Part shown: positions 28,787-37,208 of the stretch, one piece after another | How the letters are laid out: each line of letters starts with the position of its first letter | How positions within the stretch are numbered: position 1 is the first letter of the stretch | Assembly (NCBI GenBank): GCA_965215425.1 | Contig: OZ244064.1 | Coordinates: 2,791,634-2,855,633, forward strand | Length of the DNA: 64,000 nt | Direction: 5' to 3' | Source of the DNA: Dehalococcoidia bacterium | GTDB taxonomy: Bacteria; Chloroflexota; Dehalococcoidia; Lucifugimonadales; UBA3495 | Program-made: the position numbers and the translations under genes | The notes under the pieces: model-generated | The model's database searches: none | The model's input: the letters and a program-made list of their open reading frames with translations, nothing else | What the model was told of the DNA's origin: nothing

Positions 28787-29941
28787 TTAATCCTCCCCGG
28801 CCTCGGCAAGCTGCTCGGCGTAACCGCCTACGTGGTGGAACCCGTGGGTCCGCTCGACCTGCTTCTGCCGGTCAATGAGCGAGGTCATCCACTGCTTGTA
28901 GCCTTCCTTATCTTGCTGCCAGGCTTCGTACTGGCTGTTGTTATCGTTGAACTCGGCCTCGTTAATCATGGTTACGCAGTCGGGCACCGGGCAGACCGCC
29001 TCGCAGACGCCACAGCCGCAGCAGGACTCCATATTGGCGTCGTAAAGCCCGTCCGGAGTAACGTCGAAGCAGGTGTCCGGGCATTGAAGCCAGCACAGGG
29101 TGCATTTGATACAGGTTTCAAAGTTCACCACCGGCCGCATGGAGCGGGTGCTGTACTTCTTGAACACGGCGCTGCGTACCGGTTGGTAGCCGCCTTCAGA
29201 ACCGCCCCGGAAGCCGCCGCCTTGCTCAATGCCGCGAATCACCAGCCCCTCTTCCATGGTCGTCCAGCCGGGCAGGTCAAAGCTGAAGGGAGTCTCTGAA
29301 CTTCCTTCGCCGGGCTCCACCGGGCGGCTGCCGGTCCGCTCGTAGGCCCGCTCCGCCGACCGTATCTTCAGGTCGTCCCAACCCTGATCCTGGATGGCCT
29401 CCACCATAGACTCCAGGCTGACCAACTGGGGGCAGACCTTGGCCAACGCGCCGAGAATCCGCACGTCGGTGTGGTCGTCCTTATAAACCCACAGGCCGGA
29501 AAAGCTGGGTACAGCGGTTACCACCGAAAGGTTGTAGGGCTGGTCTTTCTGGTGGATGTCCTCAATCAGGGAATCGGAGTCCTGGCGGGAAGTAACAATC
29601 AGGGTGCCGCCGGGCTTGGTCAGGGCGTTGATGGGCTGCAAGCCGTACCAGGCCCAGGACTCAATGCCCTTGCACATCGTGTCGTCCACGTTAATGGTTA
29701 CGTCAACTTCCTGCGCTTCGTAAACTGCCAGGTTCTCCTCCAGTTCCTCCGGGTTGTCGGCGACGATGGCGAACTGCTTGGCCGGAATGCCGTTGCGCTC
29801 CGGGGAGTCGCCATAGCGGCCAAAGGCCGTGCCGTACTTGCCCTCTTTCCTGGCGGCGAATACTATGGAGCGCACAATGTTCCGCGCAAGGGTCTTCTGA
29901 AAGATGCCCCGGTACACCACCTCCACAGCTACCGTACTCAT
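28787..29941 (-). CDS. OFOR gamma subunit fused to 2x[4Fe-4S] ferredoxin (delta) domain
   Basis: C-terminal CIKCTLCWLQCP and CCGCGVCEAVCP. The N-terminal 230 aa are in the gamma position of the operon. Abuts the alpha gene with no gap. Confidence 0.75.
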   Translation of the reverse strand: MSTVAVEVVYRGIFQKTLARNIVRSIVFAARKEGKYGTAFGRYGDSPERNGIPAKQFAIVADNPEELEENLAVYEAQEVDVTINVDDTMCKGIESWAWYGLQPINALTKPGGTLIVTSRQDSDSLIEDIHQKDQPYNLSVVTAVPSFSGLWVYKDDHTDVRILGALAKVCPQLVSLESMVEAIQDQGWDDLKIRSAERAYERTGSRPVEPGEGSSETPFSFDLPGWTTMEEGLVIRGIEQGGGFRGGSEGGYQPVRSAVFKKYSTRSMRPVVNFETCIKCTLCWLQCPDTCFDVTPDGLYDANMESCCGCGVCEAVCPVPDCVTMINEAEFNDNNSQYEAWQQDKEGYKQWMTSLIDRQKQVERTHGFHHVGGYAEQLAEAGED

Positions 29942-29975
29942 AGGTTGCCTCCTGTTACGTTTTTTTGACGCTTAA

Positions 29976-29985
29976 TGGTTTCACC
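29976..29985. promoter_or_regulatory. Candidate GntR(FadR-subfamily) operator half-palindrome upstream of the OFOR operon
   Basis: TGGTTTCACC (TGGT-N3-ACC) lies 35-44 nt upstream of the gamma/delta start codon. Confidence 0.3.
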
Positions 29986-30041
29986 GCCGGCATTCGCTCA
30001 GGGCGAACCGGTGAACCGGTCGAACCACCGGGGAGTTGCCG

Positions 30042-30815
30042 TCAATCTCCCGCTGGTATGCCCTGGGTTAACGTTTGGAACTGGCCGGGCGGAACGCCGT
30101 CCGATCGACGGCCGGAACGGGCCGAGGGTTCTACCGCAGTCAGATGGTGGTCCATTGCTTGCCGGCAGCCAGCGGCGTCGCCGCTTTCGACCATCCGCAA
30201 AATCCGGCGGTGGGACTCCAGGGAACGCTGGGGACGGCCCGGCTCCTGCAACGACTTATCCCGGGACATCTGGAGGATGTCCTCAATGGCGCTGACCACC
30301 TTAACCAAGGCCGAGTTATGGGTAGCCGCCGCCAGAGTGAAGTGAAAGGCGGTGTCCGACTCCACTCCAGTCTCCCCCAAGTCAATCTGCCGCTGCTGTT
30401 CGGTCAGGATTTCCCGCATCCGACACACCTGGTCGGCGGTAGCCCGCTGGGCGGCCAGCGCGGCGATGTGAGGTTCCATCAGGTGGCGCATCTCGAAAAT
30501 GTCCTGCAGGGCCGCTGCTCCGCCGTTCAGGTTGGCCGCCAGCAGGTCCAGTGCCGCATCCAGGTTCTCGGTGTTGATAAAGGTGCCGGAACCCCGCCTG
30601 CTGACCACCAGCCCCTGCAATTCCAAAGCGCGAATCGCCTCCCGCACCGAACTGCGGCTGACCTGGAACTGCTCGGCCAGTTCCCGCTCCGCCGGCAGCC
30701 GGTCGCCATGCTTCAGCGCCCCCTGCCGGAGCAGGGCGTGAAACTGCTGCACAATGTCCTCGTACAGCCGCCGCCGCGTAACCTGGTGTATCTGCCGCTG
30801 CATCGCCGCATCCAC
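30042..30815 (-). CDS. GntR-family transcriptional regulator, FadR/FCD subfamily (LldR/PdhR-like)
   Basis: wHTH GDRLPAERELAEQFQVSRSSVREAIRALELQGLVVSRRGSGTFI plus an all-helical FCD-type C-terminal domain. Confidence 0.85.
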   Translation of the reverse strand: MDAAMQRQIHQVTRRRLYEDIVQQFHALLRQGALKHGDRLPAERELAEQFQVSRSSVREAIRALELQGLVVSRRGSGTFINTENLDAALDLLAANLNGGAAALQDIFEMRHLMEPHIAALAAQRATADQVCRMREILTEQQRQIDLGETGVESDTAFHFTLAAATHNSALVKVVSAIEDILQMSRDKSLQEPGRPQRSLESHRRILRMVESGDAAGCRQAMDHHLTAVEPSARSGRRSDGVPPGQFQTLTQGIPAGD

Positions 30816-30826
30816 GTTAAGGCAAG

Positions 30827-30837
30827 TGGTCAGACCA
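30827..30837. promoter_or_regulatory. Candidate autoregulatory operator TGGTCAGACCA
   Basis: Perfect TGGTC-N-GACCA inverted repeat between the predicted -10 box and the regulator start codon. It extends to ACCAATT, as in PdhR/LldR-type boxes. Confidence 0.45.
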
Positions 30838-30853
30838 ATTAAAGGGTGAGGCT

Positions 30854-30881
30854 ATTATACTATGGGAAGCGGGCTTGTCAA
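30854..30881 (-). promoter_or_regulatory. Strong sigma70-type promoter for the GntR regulator
   Basis: Minus strand: consensus TTGACA (30881-30876), 16-nt spacer, consensus TATAAT (30859-30854). Confidence 0.55.
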
Positions 30882-30976
30882 GGCGCGGGACCAGCGACTT
30901 CCATTTACTTTTAGGATTTGGCGTTATACCATACGGAGGGCGCATACGCACGCAACGGCGAAAGGAGTCAAGGCCA

Positions 30977-31456
30977 ATGTCAGCGAGGAAGATCACTTCA
31001 CGCACCAGGCAAATACGAACCCGCGCGGCGTCCTTACCCCCCCCCCCCCCCCCCCCCCCCCCGATTTTACACCCCTACTTGTCCGATAATGCCCTGGTTT
31101 GCGCCGACAATCTGGATACCCTCCGGGAGTTACCGGACGAGTGCGTTGCTCTGATTTACGCGACCGCTCCTTTCAACAGCAACCACAACTACCTGGCCGC
31201 CTTGGGCGCCCAAGGCCGGGTTGATGCCCAACGGCGCGACATCCGGCGTTGGACTGTTGAGCCCGACACCCAGTACCAGCCAGCCAACGGCGTTGCCCAT
31301 CCTAACATCCGTCCGCGCCAGGCAAAGCAGCCCCGGCGGGACATCGTACCCCGGGATGGTGCGCTCCCGCCGCAACACAAGCGGTTCCCGAAACTGGCCG
31401 CGGAACCGGGCCAAGATGGGAAAGCCGAAGGAGGGCATCACCATCAGGGCTTATAG
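30977..31456 (+). pseudogene. DNA methyltransferase N-terminal remnant containing the poly(C) tract
   Basis: AAGGAG (30962-30967) plus ATG 30977. The translation runs ...PPPPPPPPP-ILHPYLSDNALVCADNLDTLRELPDECVALIYATAPFNSNHNY. This resembles the N-terminus and motif IV region of N6A/N4C MTases, but DPPF is replaced by TAPF. Similarity is lost afterwards and no AdoMet motif was seen in any frame. Confidence 0.4.
31037..31062. repeat. Homopolymeric C26 tract
   Basis: Counted directly: C from 31037 through 31062, uninterrupted. Confidence 0.95.
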
Positions 31457-31660
31457 GGCTTATCCCCCGTTGGTCGCAAGAGGCCGCCCACTGGATGCCA
31501 GGTCCCCTTCCCGGATGCTTATACCCCCGTCGGTCGGAAGAAGTACCCGAGCTTAACGGGTAAACCCTGAAAGTAAACCGAACCTCCTTGAAAATGAAAC
31601 TCCGGCCGAATCCCTCTGATATTATAGTGGTCAGGCTAATTCGCCCAGGAAGCATTTATT

Positions 31661-33421
31661 GTGAAATCCGGACTCTCGCCGATTCTAATCGTTATCAGCC
31701 TGATGTTCCTGGTGGGCTGTGGAGCGTCGTCTCCCCCGGACCTGGCAACAGTGGTTGAACAAGTAGCGAGTGGCGTAGTTCGTATTGACACCCCTGACGG
31801 GAGCGGCTCCGGCGTTATCTTTGATACCACCGAGGACGGTGGCGCCCTGGTGTTGACCAACCATCACGTGGTGAAAGGCGCCAGCAGGATCGGCGTAGAG
31901 GTGGATGACTCAGATACTTACCGCGGAATCATTCAAGGCTTTGACGTTCAGATTGATCTGGCCGTATTAAGCATCTGCTGCGGGGATTTCCAGGTTTTGC
32001 CTTTTGGCGATGTACTCGAAATCATGCCGGGCAGTGAAGTAATTGTAATGGGCTATCCCCTGGGGTTGGCCGGCGCTCCGACCGTTACTCGCGGGATCGT
32101 ATCGGCCATTCGTCCCATGGGAGATTTTGAAATCATCCAGATCGACGCACCCCTGAACCCGGGAAATAGCGGCGGCCCCCTCCTGTCATTATCCGGGGAG
32201 GTATTAGGTATAAACACTTTCTCGATTAATAATACGGAAGGGTTAGGATTCGCTTTGTCGGAAAGGGCGGTACAGGCAAGTCTCTCGGAATTATCCGAGA
32301 AGAGAAGCCTTGCCGTCGCCACCCCCGCGCCGGCCTCTGCTCCAACTCCCGTAAATACGCCTACCCCGGCGCCCACCCCGGAGGCAGGGCTTTACTATGA
32401 CACCTCGGGCGGGATAGTAACGCCGGCCTGGACGGTTACGGCGACCCCGCGGCCAACTTCTACTTCTACTTCTGCTCCAACTGCGACGCCTGCCCGAACC
32501 CCGACGCCCGGACCTGCTCCTGTGCCGTCGTCCACCCCGTCGCCCGAACCCTTGAAATTAATTGCGGTCAGTACCGGCAGCGCAGAGTTTACCTGCGGAC
32601 TTCGATTAGATGGCACACCGGTCTGCTGGGGTTATCCCGAGGTAGGAATTCCGCCCGAAGGGGAGGACCTCCAGGATTTCCTGAAGGAGATCAGTCCCGG
32701 TTTAGTAGCTCTGCCCACAGGAGAGGAACTGACGGCAATCAGTAGCGGCCAGGTTCATGCATGCGGGCTGCGTACGAATGGCACACCCGTCTGCTGGGGA
32801 CGGGAAAGGCATATCGGGCGGGTGCCTGAGGGTGAAAAATTTACATCAATCAGCGCCGGAGCCGGATTCACCTGTGGACTGCGCGCGGACGGCGCCGCGG
32901 TTTGCTGGGGAGGTCCCGGGGGAGTGCCTACTGCGAAAGAGAAGTTTAAGTTCATCAGCAGTCATTATTCGGACGCTTGTGCCATACGGTTAGACGGAAC
33001 GCTGCATTGCTGGGGAGGCCAACGTGGTGTAGAGCTTCCTCCCTTGCCAGAGGGGGAAAAATTCATATCGGTCAGTGGCAACTGTGGACTGCGTAACGAC
33101 AGCGCTTTACTCTGCTGGGGCGGGCAGGAGTGGAACGAATGGTGGGATCGGGATCGCCTGCCACCCGAAGGCGAAAAGTTTAAGGCCATCAGCGGTAACT
33201 GCGGGCTACTGTTGGACGGCGCTCCGGTTTGCTGGGGCAAAGATCGTAACGGTTATGGTGAAACAAGCCCGCCTGAAGGGGAAAAGTTTGTAGCCATCAG
33301 CAGCAGTAGGCGGCACGGTGGGGAACACGTTTGCGCGCTGCGCGCCGATGGCATTCCAATTTGCTGGGGTCGTAATAACTGGGAAGAGGCGACTCCGCCT
33401 GCAGCGTCTATCCATAATTGA
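31661..33421 (+). CDS. Lipoprotein: S1 (trypsin-like) serine protease, Pro/Thr linker and seven RCC1-like repeats
   Basis: Lipobox MFLVGC. Triad contexts TNHHVV, DLAVL, NPGNSGGPLL. PT-rich linker. Seven units of C(G/A)LR.(D/N)G....CWG spaced by PEGEKF..IS. Confidence 0.8.
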   Translation: MKSGLSPILIVISLMFLVGCGASSPPDLATVVEQVASGVVRIDTPDGSGSGVIFDTTEDGGALVLTNHHVVKGASRIGVEVDDSDTYRGIIQGFDVQIDLAVLSICCGDFQVLPFGDVLEIMPGSEVIVMGYPLGLAGAPTVTRGIVSAIRPMGDFEIIQIDAPLNPGNSGGPLLSLSGEVLGINTFSINNTEGLGFALSERAVQASLSELSEKRSLAVATPAPASAPTPVNTPTPAPTPEAGLYYDTSGGIVTPAWTVTATPRPTSTSTSAPTATPARTPTPGPAPVPSSTPSPEPLKLIAVSTGSAEFTCGLRLDGTPVCWGYPEVGIPPEGEDLQDFLKEISPGLVALPTGEELTAISSGQVHACGLRTNGTPVCWGRERHIGRVPEGEKFTSISAGAGFTCGLRADGAAVCWGGPGGVPTAKEKFKFISSHYSDACAIRLDGTLHCWGGQRGVELPPLPEGEKFISVSGNCGLRNDSALLCWGGQEWNEWWDRDRLPPEGEKFKAISGNCGLLLDGAPVCWGKDRNGYGETSPPEGEKFVAISSSRRHGGEHVCALRADGIPICWGRNNWEEATPPAASIHN

Positions 33422-33543
33422 TAATTGATAGTATCTTTTGCTTGCCCTGGCGTTAGCCCAATCGCCGCCTATTATGTTAAACTTGCCCGGCGCCGGGCAG
33501 CCGGGCGCGTCGCATTATCCTTGAACGGCGGGAGGTATCCAGC

Positions 33544-35241
33544 GTGTCCCCACGACGGAAAGCGGGAGAGGCGGTTATTGAATTGCTCCGGCAGGAAGGG
33601 GTTTCCCATATCTTTGGTATTGTAGGTTCCTCTTTCCTGGACATTCTGGACCCGCTGTATGATGACGACTCCATGCAGTTCGTCGGGGTGCGGCATGAGC
33701 AAGGGGCGGCGCTGATGGCCGATGGGTTCAGCCGCATCTCCGGCGCCCCCTCCGTCTGCCTGGCAACCAACGGCCCCGGCGTGCTGAACCTGACCTACGG
33801 CATCGGCTCGGCCTACGTCGCCCATTCGCCGGTAGTGGTCCTGGCCCCTTCGGCTTCCCGGGACCACCAACACCGGGACTCCACCCAGGAGTTCGACCAA
33901 GTGGCCCTGTTCAAGCCCATCACCAAGGCCAGCTTTCCCATTAACAAGATTGAGCGGCTGCCCGATGCCCTGCGCCAGGCTTTCCGGGTCGCTACCTCGG
34001 GCAAGATGGGGCCGGTGCTGGTGGATATTCCCCGGGACTTGCTGCCCGGCGCCGAGATTGACCTGGAACCGCTGCCTCCGGAGAGCTACCGTTCTGGCCA
34101 GACCCGGGCCCGGGGCGACCGCAACCTGGTGGACCAGGCGACCCGCACCTTGCTATCCGCCCAGCGGCCGGTCATCGTGGCCGGCGGCGGAATCCAGTGG
34201 AGCAACGCCGGCGAGGCGGTAACGCGCCTGGCCGACCTGCTGGGCGCCGCCATCGTTACCTCCTACGGGCGGGCCGACGCCGTCCCCAACGACCATCCCC
34301 TGTTCCTGGGCCACCTGGGGCGTTTGGGGGCCGCGGAAGGCATTGAGGCAATCCGCCAGGCCGACGTGATTCTGGCGGCCGGCACCCGTCTGGGCCAGTC
34401 CACCACTTTTTATGATAACCGCTTCATTCCGGCGGACGCCCGCATCGTCCAGATTGAGATCGACCCGCAGGAAATCGGGCGCAACTATCCCGTAGCCGTG
34501 GGCATTGAAGGCGACGCCCAGGCAGTGCTGGCTGACTTGCTGGAGCAGACGCGGGCGCGGGAGCCGCGCCCCAACGCCCAGTGGGTTGCCGAAATCCACG
34601 ATTGGGCCGCCCGCCGCCACCATCGGCTGGAGGCCGAGGGCCGGCTCAATTCTACCCCGCTCAAGCCGCAGCGGGTCTATGCGGAATTGCGCAAGGTAAT
34701 GCCCCGAGACGCTATTGTAGCCCTGGACGCCGGGCTGGCCCCCAACTTCGGGCAGGACCGGCTTAATTTCTACCAGCCCCGCAGTCTGATGACCTCCCTG
34801 GACCTGGGCGGCCTGGGCTTCAGCTTTCCCGCCTCCCTGGGCGCCAGGTTTGCTGCCCCGGAGCGACCGGTGGTCAACTTCAATGGCGACGGCGGCTTTC
34901 TCTTCAACGCCCAGGAGTTCGCCACGGCGGTACGCTACAATCTCCAGGTGGTTACCGTGATTATGAACAATAGCTGCTGGGGTTCGGAAAAGGCGTACCA
35001 GCGTTATGCTTTTGCCGAACGCTACGTCGGCGCCGATACCAATAATCCCCGCTATGACCGCTATGCCGAGTTGTTTGGCGGAACCGGCTTTTACGTGGAA
35101 CGGGCCGAGGAGTTGGGCGATGCTCTGCTGACCGCCCTGCAAACCGAAGGCCCCAGCATTATTGAAATCCCCACCGACCCGGATGAGATGCCCCGGCCGG
35201 CGCGTCTGGCCGAGGTGCAGTCCCCGGAGGCGCGTTCCTGA
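33544..35241 (+). CDS. Thiamine-diphosphate enzyme of the acetolactate synthase / oxalyl-CoA decarboxylase superfamily
   Basis: N-terminal Pyr domain (FGIVGSSFLD..VRHEQGAALMADG). C-terminal TPP motif NGDGGFLFN...VIMNN. GTG start with SD GGGAGG. Confidence 0.8.
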   Translation: MSPRRKAGEAVIELLRQEGVSHIFGIVGSSFLDILDPLYDDDSMQFVGVRHEQGAALMADGFSRISGAPSVCLATNGPGVLNLTYGIGSAYVAHSPVVVLAPSASRDHQHRDSTQEFDQVALFKPITKASFPINKIERLPDALRQAFRVATSGKMGPVLVDIPRDLLPGAEIDLEPLPPESYRSGQTRARGDRNLVDQATRTLLSAQRPVIVAGGGIQWSNAGEAVTRLADLLGAAIVTSYGRADAVPNDHPLFLGHLGRLGAAEGIEAIRQADVILAAGTRLGQSTTFYDNRFIPADARIVQIEIDPQEIGRNYPVAVGIEGDAQAVLADLLEQTRAREPRPNAQWVAEIHDWAARRHHRLEAEGRLNSTPLKPQRVYAELRKVMPRDAIVALDAGLAPNFGQDRLNFYQPRSLMTSLDLGGLGFSFPASLGARFAAPERPVVNFNGDGGFLFNAQEFATAVRYNLQVVTVIMNNSCWGSEKAYQRYAFAERYVGADTNNPRYDRYAELFGGTGFYVERAEELGDALLTALQTEGPSIIEIPTDPDEMPRPARLAEVQSPEARS

Positions 35242-35303
35242 ATACAATTGACCGGAATTGCCAAGCGGGAATTACCCTTCCCGCCGGACAAGGTAACAAA
35301 AGT

Positions 35304-35672
35304 ATGGAAGAACCAGTATTTCCCAAAGAAGTAGATATTGACGGCGCAGTGATAACCATCCTTTGGGACGACGGCCACCGGGGCGTTTACCCGCACCGGA
35401 TGCTGCGGCTGCGTTGCCAGTGTGCCAGTTGCGTCGAGGAGATGACCGGCCGGCCCCGCCTGGACCCGGCGCGGGTGCCGGAGGGGGTGCGAGCGGTGGA
35501 CCAACTGCCGGTGGGCAACTACGCGCTGCAATTTCTGTGGAGCGATGCCCATTACACCGGCATTTACACCTTCCAATTCCTGCGCTCGATCTGCGCCTGC
35601 ATCCTCTGCAACGAGGCCCGCGCCCGGGGGTTGCGCCGGGACGCAGCAACCCCCGAGTTGCCCGGAGGGTAG
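35304..35672 (+). CDS. DUF971 (gamma-butyrobetaine-hydroxylase N-terminal-like) protein
   Basis: W.DGH...Y....LR..C.CA.C and W.D.H.TGIY.F..LR are characteristic of DUF971. Confidence 0.7.
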   Translation: MEEPVFPKEVDIDGAVITILWDDGHRGVYPHRMLRLRCQCASCVEEMTGRPRLDPARVPEGVRAVDQLPVGNYALQFLWSDAHYTGIYTFQFLRSICACILCNEARARGLRRDAATPELPGG

Positions 35673-35726
35673 GTTTATCTCGACGAAGCTATGCCGCCAA
35701 CTCCGCGTACCGGTACGATTCCCCCG

Positions 35727-35951
35727 TTACGGCCGCTCCGGGCGGTCCGCCGTGTAGGAACGCTTGGGTTTGGCCGCCGGCTTGAGCTTGGGCGCGGTGA
35801 AGGTGTTGGACTTGAAGGAAAAGGTGGATAGCTGGCGCTGGCCCGGTTCGTTGCAACTCTTGCAGGGGACCGGGGCATCGGCTTGGGATGCCGGGCGGAT
35901 CGCTTCGTATTCCGCGTTGCAGCTGGCGCAGTAGTATTCGTAAATCGGCAT
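35727..35951 (-). CDS. FmdB-family zinc-ribbon protein
   Basis: MPIYEYYCASCNAEYE...CKSC (CxxC...CxxC). Start taken at the Met preceded by GGGAG. Confidence 0.7.
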   Translation of the reverse strand: MPIYEYYCASCNAEYEAIRPASQADAPVPCKSCNEPGQRQLSTFSFKSNTFTAPKLKPAAKPKRSYTADRPERP

Positions 35952-36045
35952 TCTCGACTCCCGGGACATAGTATCGTTACCCGATTTTATACCAAAGGCT
36001 GGTCGGTATCCTAGTCCCCGAACACGACAGAGGAAAATTATCGGT

Positions 36046-37173
36046 ATGATAGAATCCAGCGACGTGGTGATTGTTGGCGGCGGCGTGGCCGGCTGCGCTG
36101 CCGCTTATTATCTGGCCCTGGCCGGGGTCAAGGCTACCATTATTGAGCGGGAAGGCATCGGCTCCCAGGCCTCCGGTTTTTCCGCCGGCGGGCTTAATCC
36201 TCTGGAGGGAACCCACATCCCGGGCCCCCTGGGCCCACTGGCGATAGAGGCCTACCGGATGCACTTGCAGCTTTGGGACGGGCTCCGGGCGGACACCGAA
36301 ATTAACTTTCAAGGCCGGATAGTACCCCTGGTCAAGGTAGCTTTCGAGGAACCGGAAATTCCGCTGCTGCAAGTCTCCCTGGATACCTTTTACGCCGCTG
36401 GCGCTGACGGGTTCTCCGGCCAGCGGCTGGACCGGCGGCAACTTGCCGAGCTGGAACCGCGGCTTTCCCCGGAAATCCTGGAGGCGGTGTATCTGCACGG
36501 CAACGCCGCTTTGGACAGTCGCCAATTTACCCTCGCCCTGGCTGCCGCCGCAGAGAAACGCGGGGCAACTGTTCGCGCAGCTTTAGCGCGGGGGGTGCGG
36601 CTGGAAAGCCGGCGGGTTCAGAGCGTCATCCTGGAAGATGGCGAAATCCCTTGCCAACAGCTGGTACTGGCCGCCGGGCCCTGGTCCCGGGAAGCTGAAC
36701 CCTGGCTGGATATTTCCCTGCCCGTTAACCCGCTGAAAGGGGAAATTATCCGGCTGGAGCCGGAGGGGCCGTCGCTCACCGCCGATTTTTCCGGTGGTGG
36801 TTCTTCCCTTTATGCTAAGTCCGACGGACAGGTTTGGTGCGGCGCTACCGAGGAGTGGCTCGGCTTTGACCGGGAGCCAACCGAGCGGGCCCGGCAATCA
36901 ATTTGGTCGGCGGCGGCAAGGCTGATGCCCGACCTGGCCCGTGCCCGCCTGGTGCGACATACCGCCTGCCTGCGTCCGGTAACCCCGGACTGGCTGCCAA
37001 TTATCGGCCAAGCCCCGGGTTGGGATAACGTTTACCTGGCGACCGGCGCCGGCAAGAAGGGAATTCTCCTCGGCCCGGCCCTGGGCCAGGCAACCGCTGA
37101 CCTGATAACCCGGGGGAGAAGCGACCTTTCCATCGCTCCCTGCGCTCCGGGCCGGTTTTCATCATCAGCCTGA
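36046..37173 (+). CDS. FAD-dependent oxidoreductase (DAO / glycine-sarcosine oxidase family)
   Basis: Dinucleotide fold VVIVGGGVAGCAAAYYLA. 375 aa. Confidence 0.8.
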   Translation: MIESSDVVIVGGGVAGCAAAYYLALAGVKATIIEREGIGSQASGFSAGGLNPLEGTHIPGPLGPLAIEAYRMHLQLWDGLRADTEINFQGRIVPLVKVAFEEPEIPLLQVSLDTFYAAGADGFSGQRLDRRQLAELEPRLSPEILEAVYLHGNAALDSRQFTLALAAAAEKRGATVRAALARGVRLESRRVQSVILEDGEIPCQQLVLAAGPWSREAEPWLDISLPVNPLKGEIIRLEPEGPSLTADFSGGGSSLYAKSDGQVWCGATEEWLGFDREPTERARQSIWSAAARLMPDLARARLVRHTACLRPVTPDWLPIIGQAPGWDNVYLATGAGKKGILLGPALGQATADLITRGRSDLSIAPCAPGRFSSSA

Positions 37174-37208
37174 GTCACCTTCCCGACATTCCTATACAGG
37201 AGCAATAA

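Noticed and set aside
30875-30976. Upstream extension of the MTase-like ORF to ATG 30875.
   Set aside because: That ATG lies inside the consensus promoter of the divergent GntR gene and has no SD. ATG 30977 has AAGGAG at ideal spacing.
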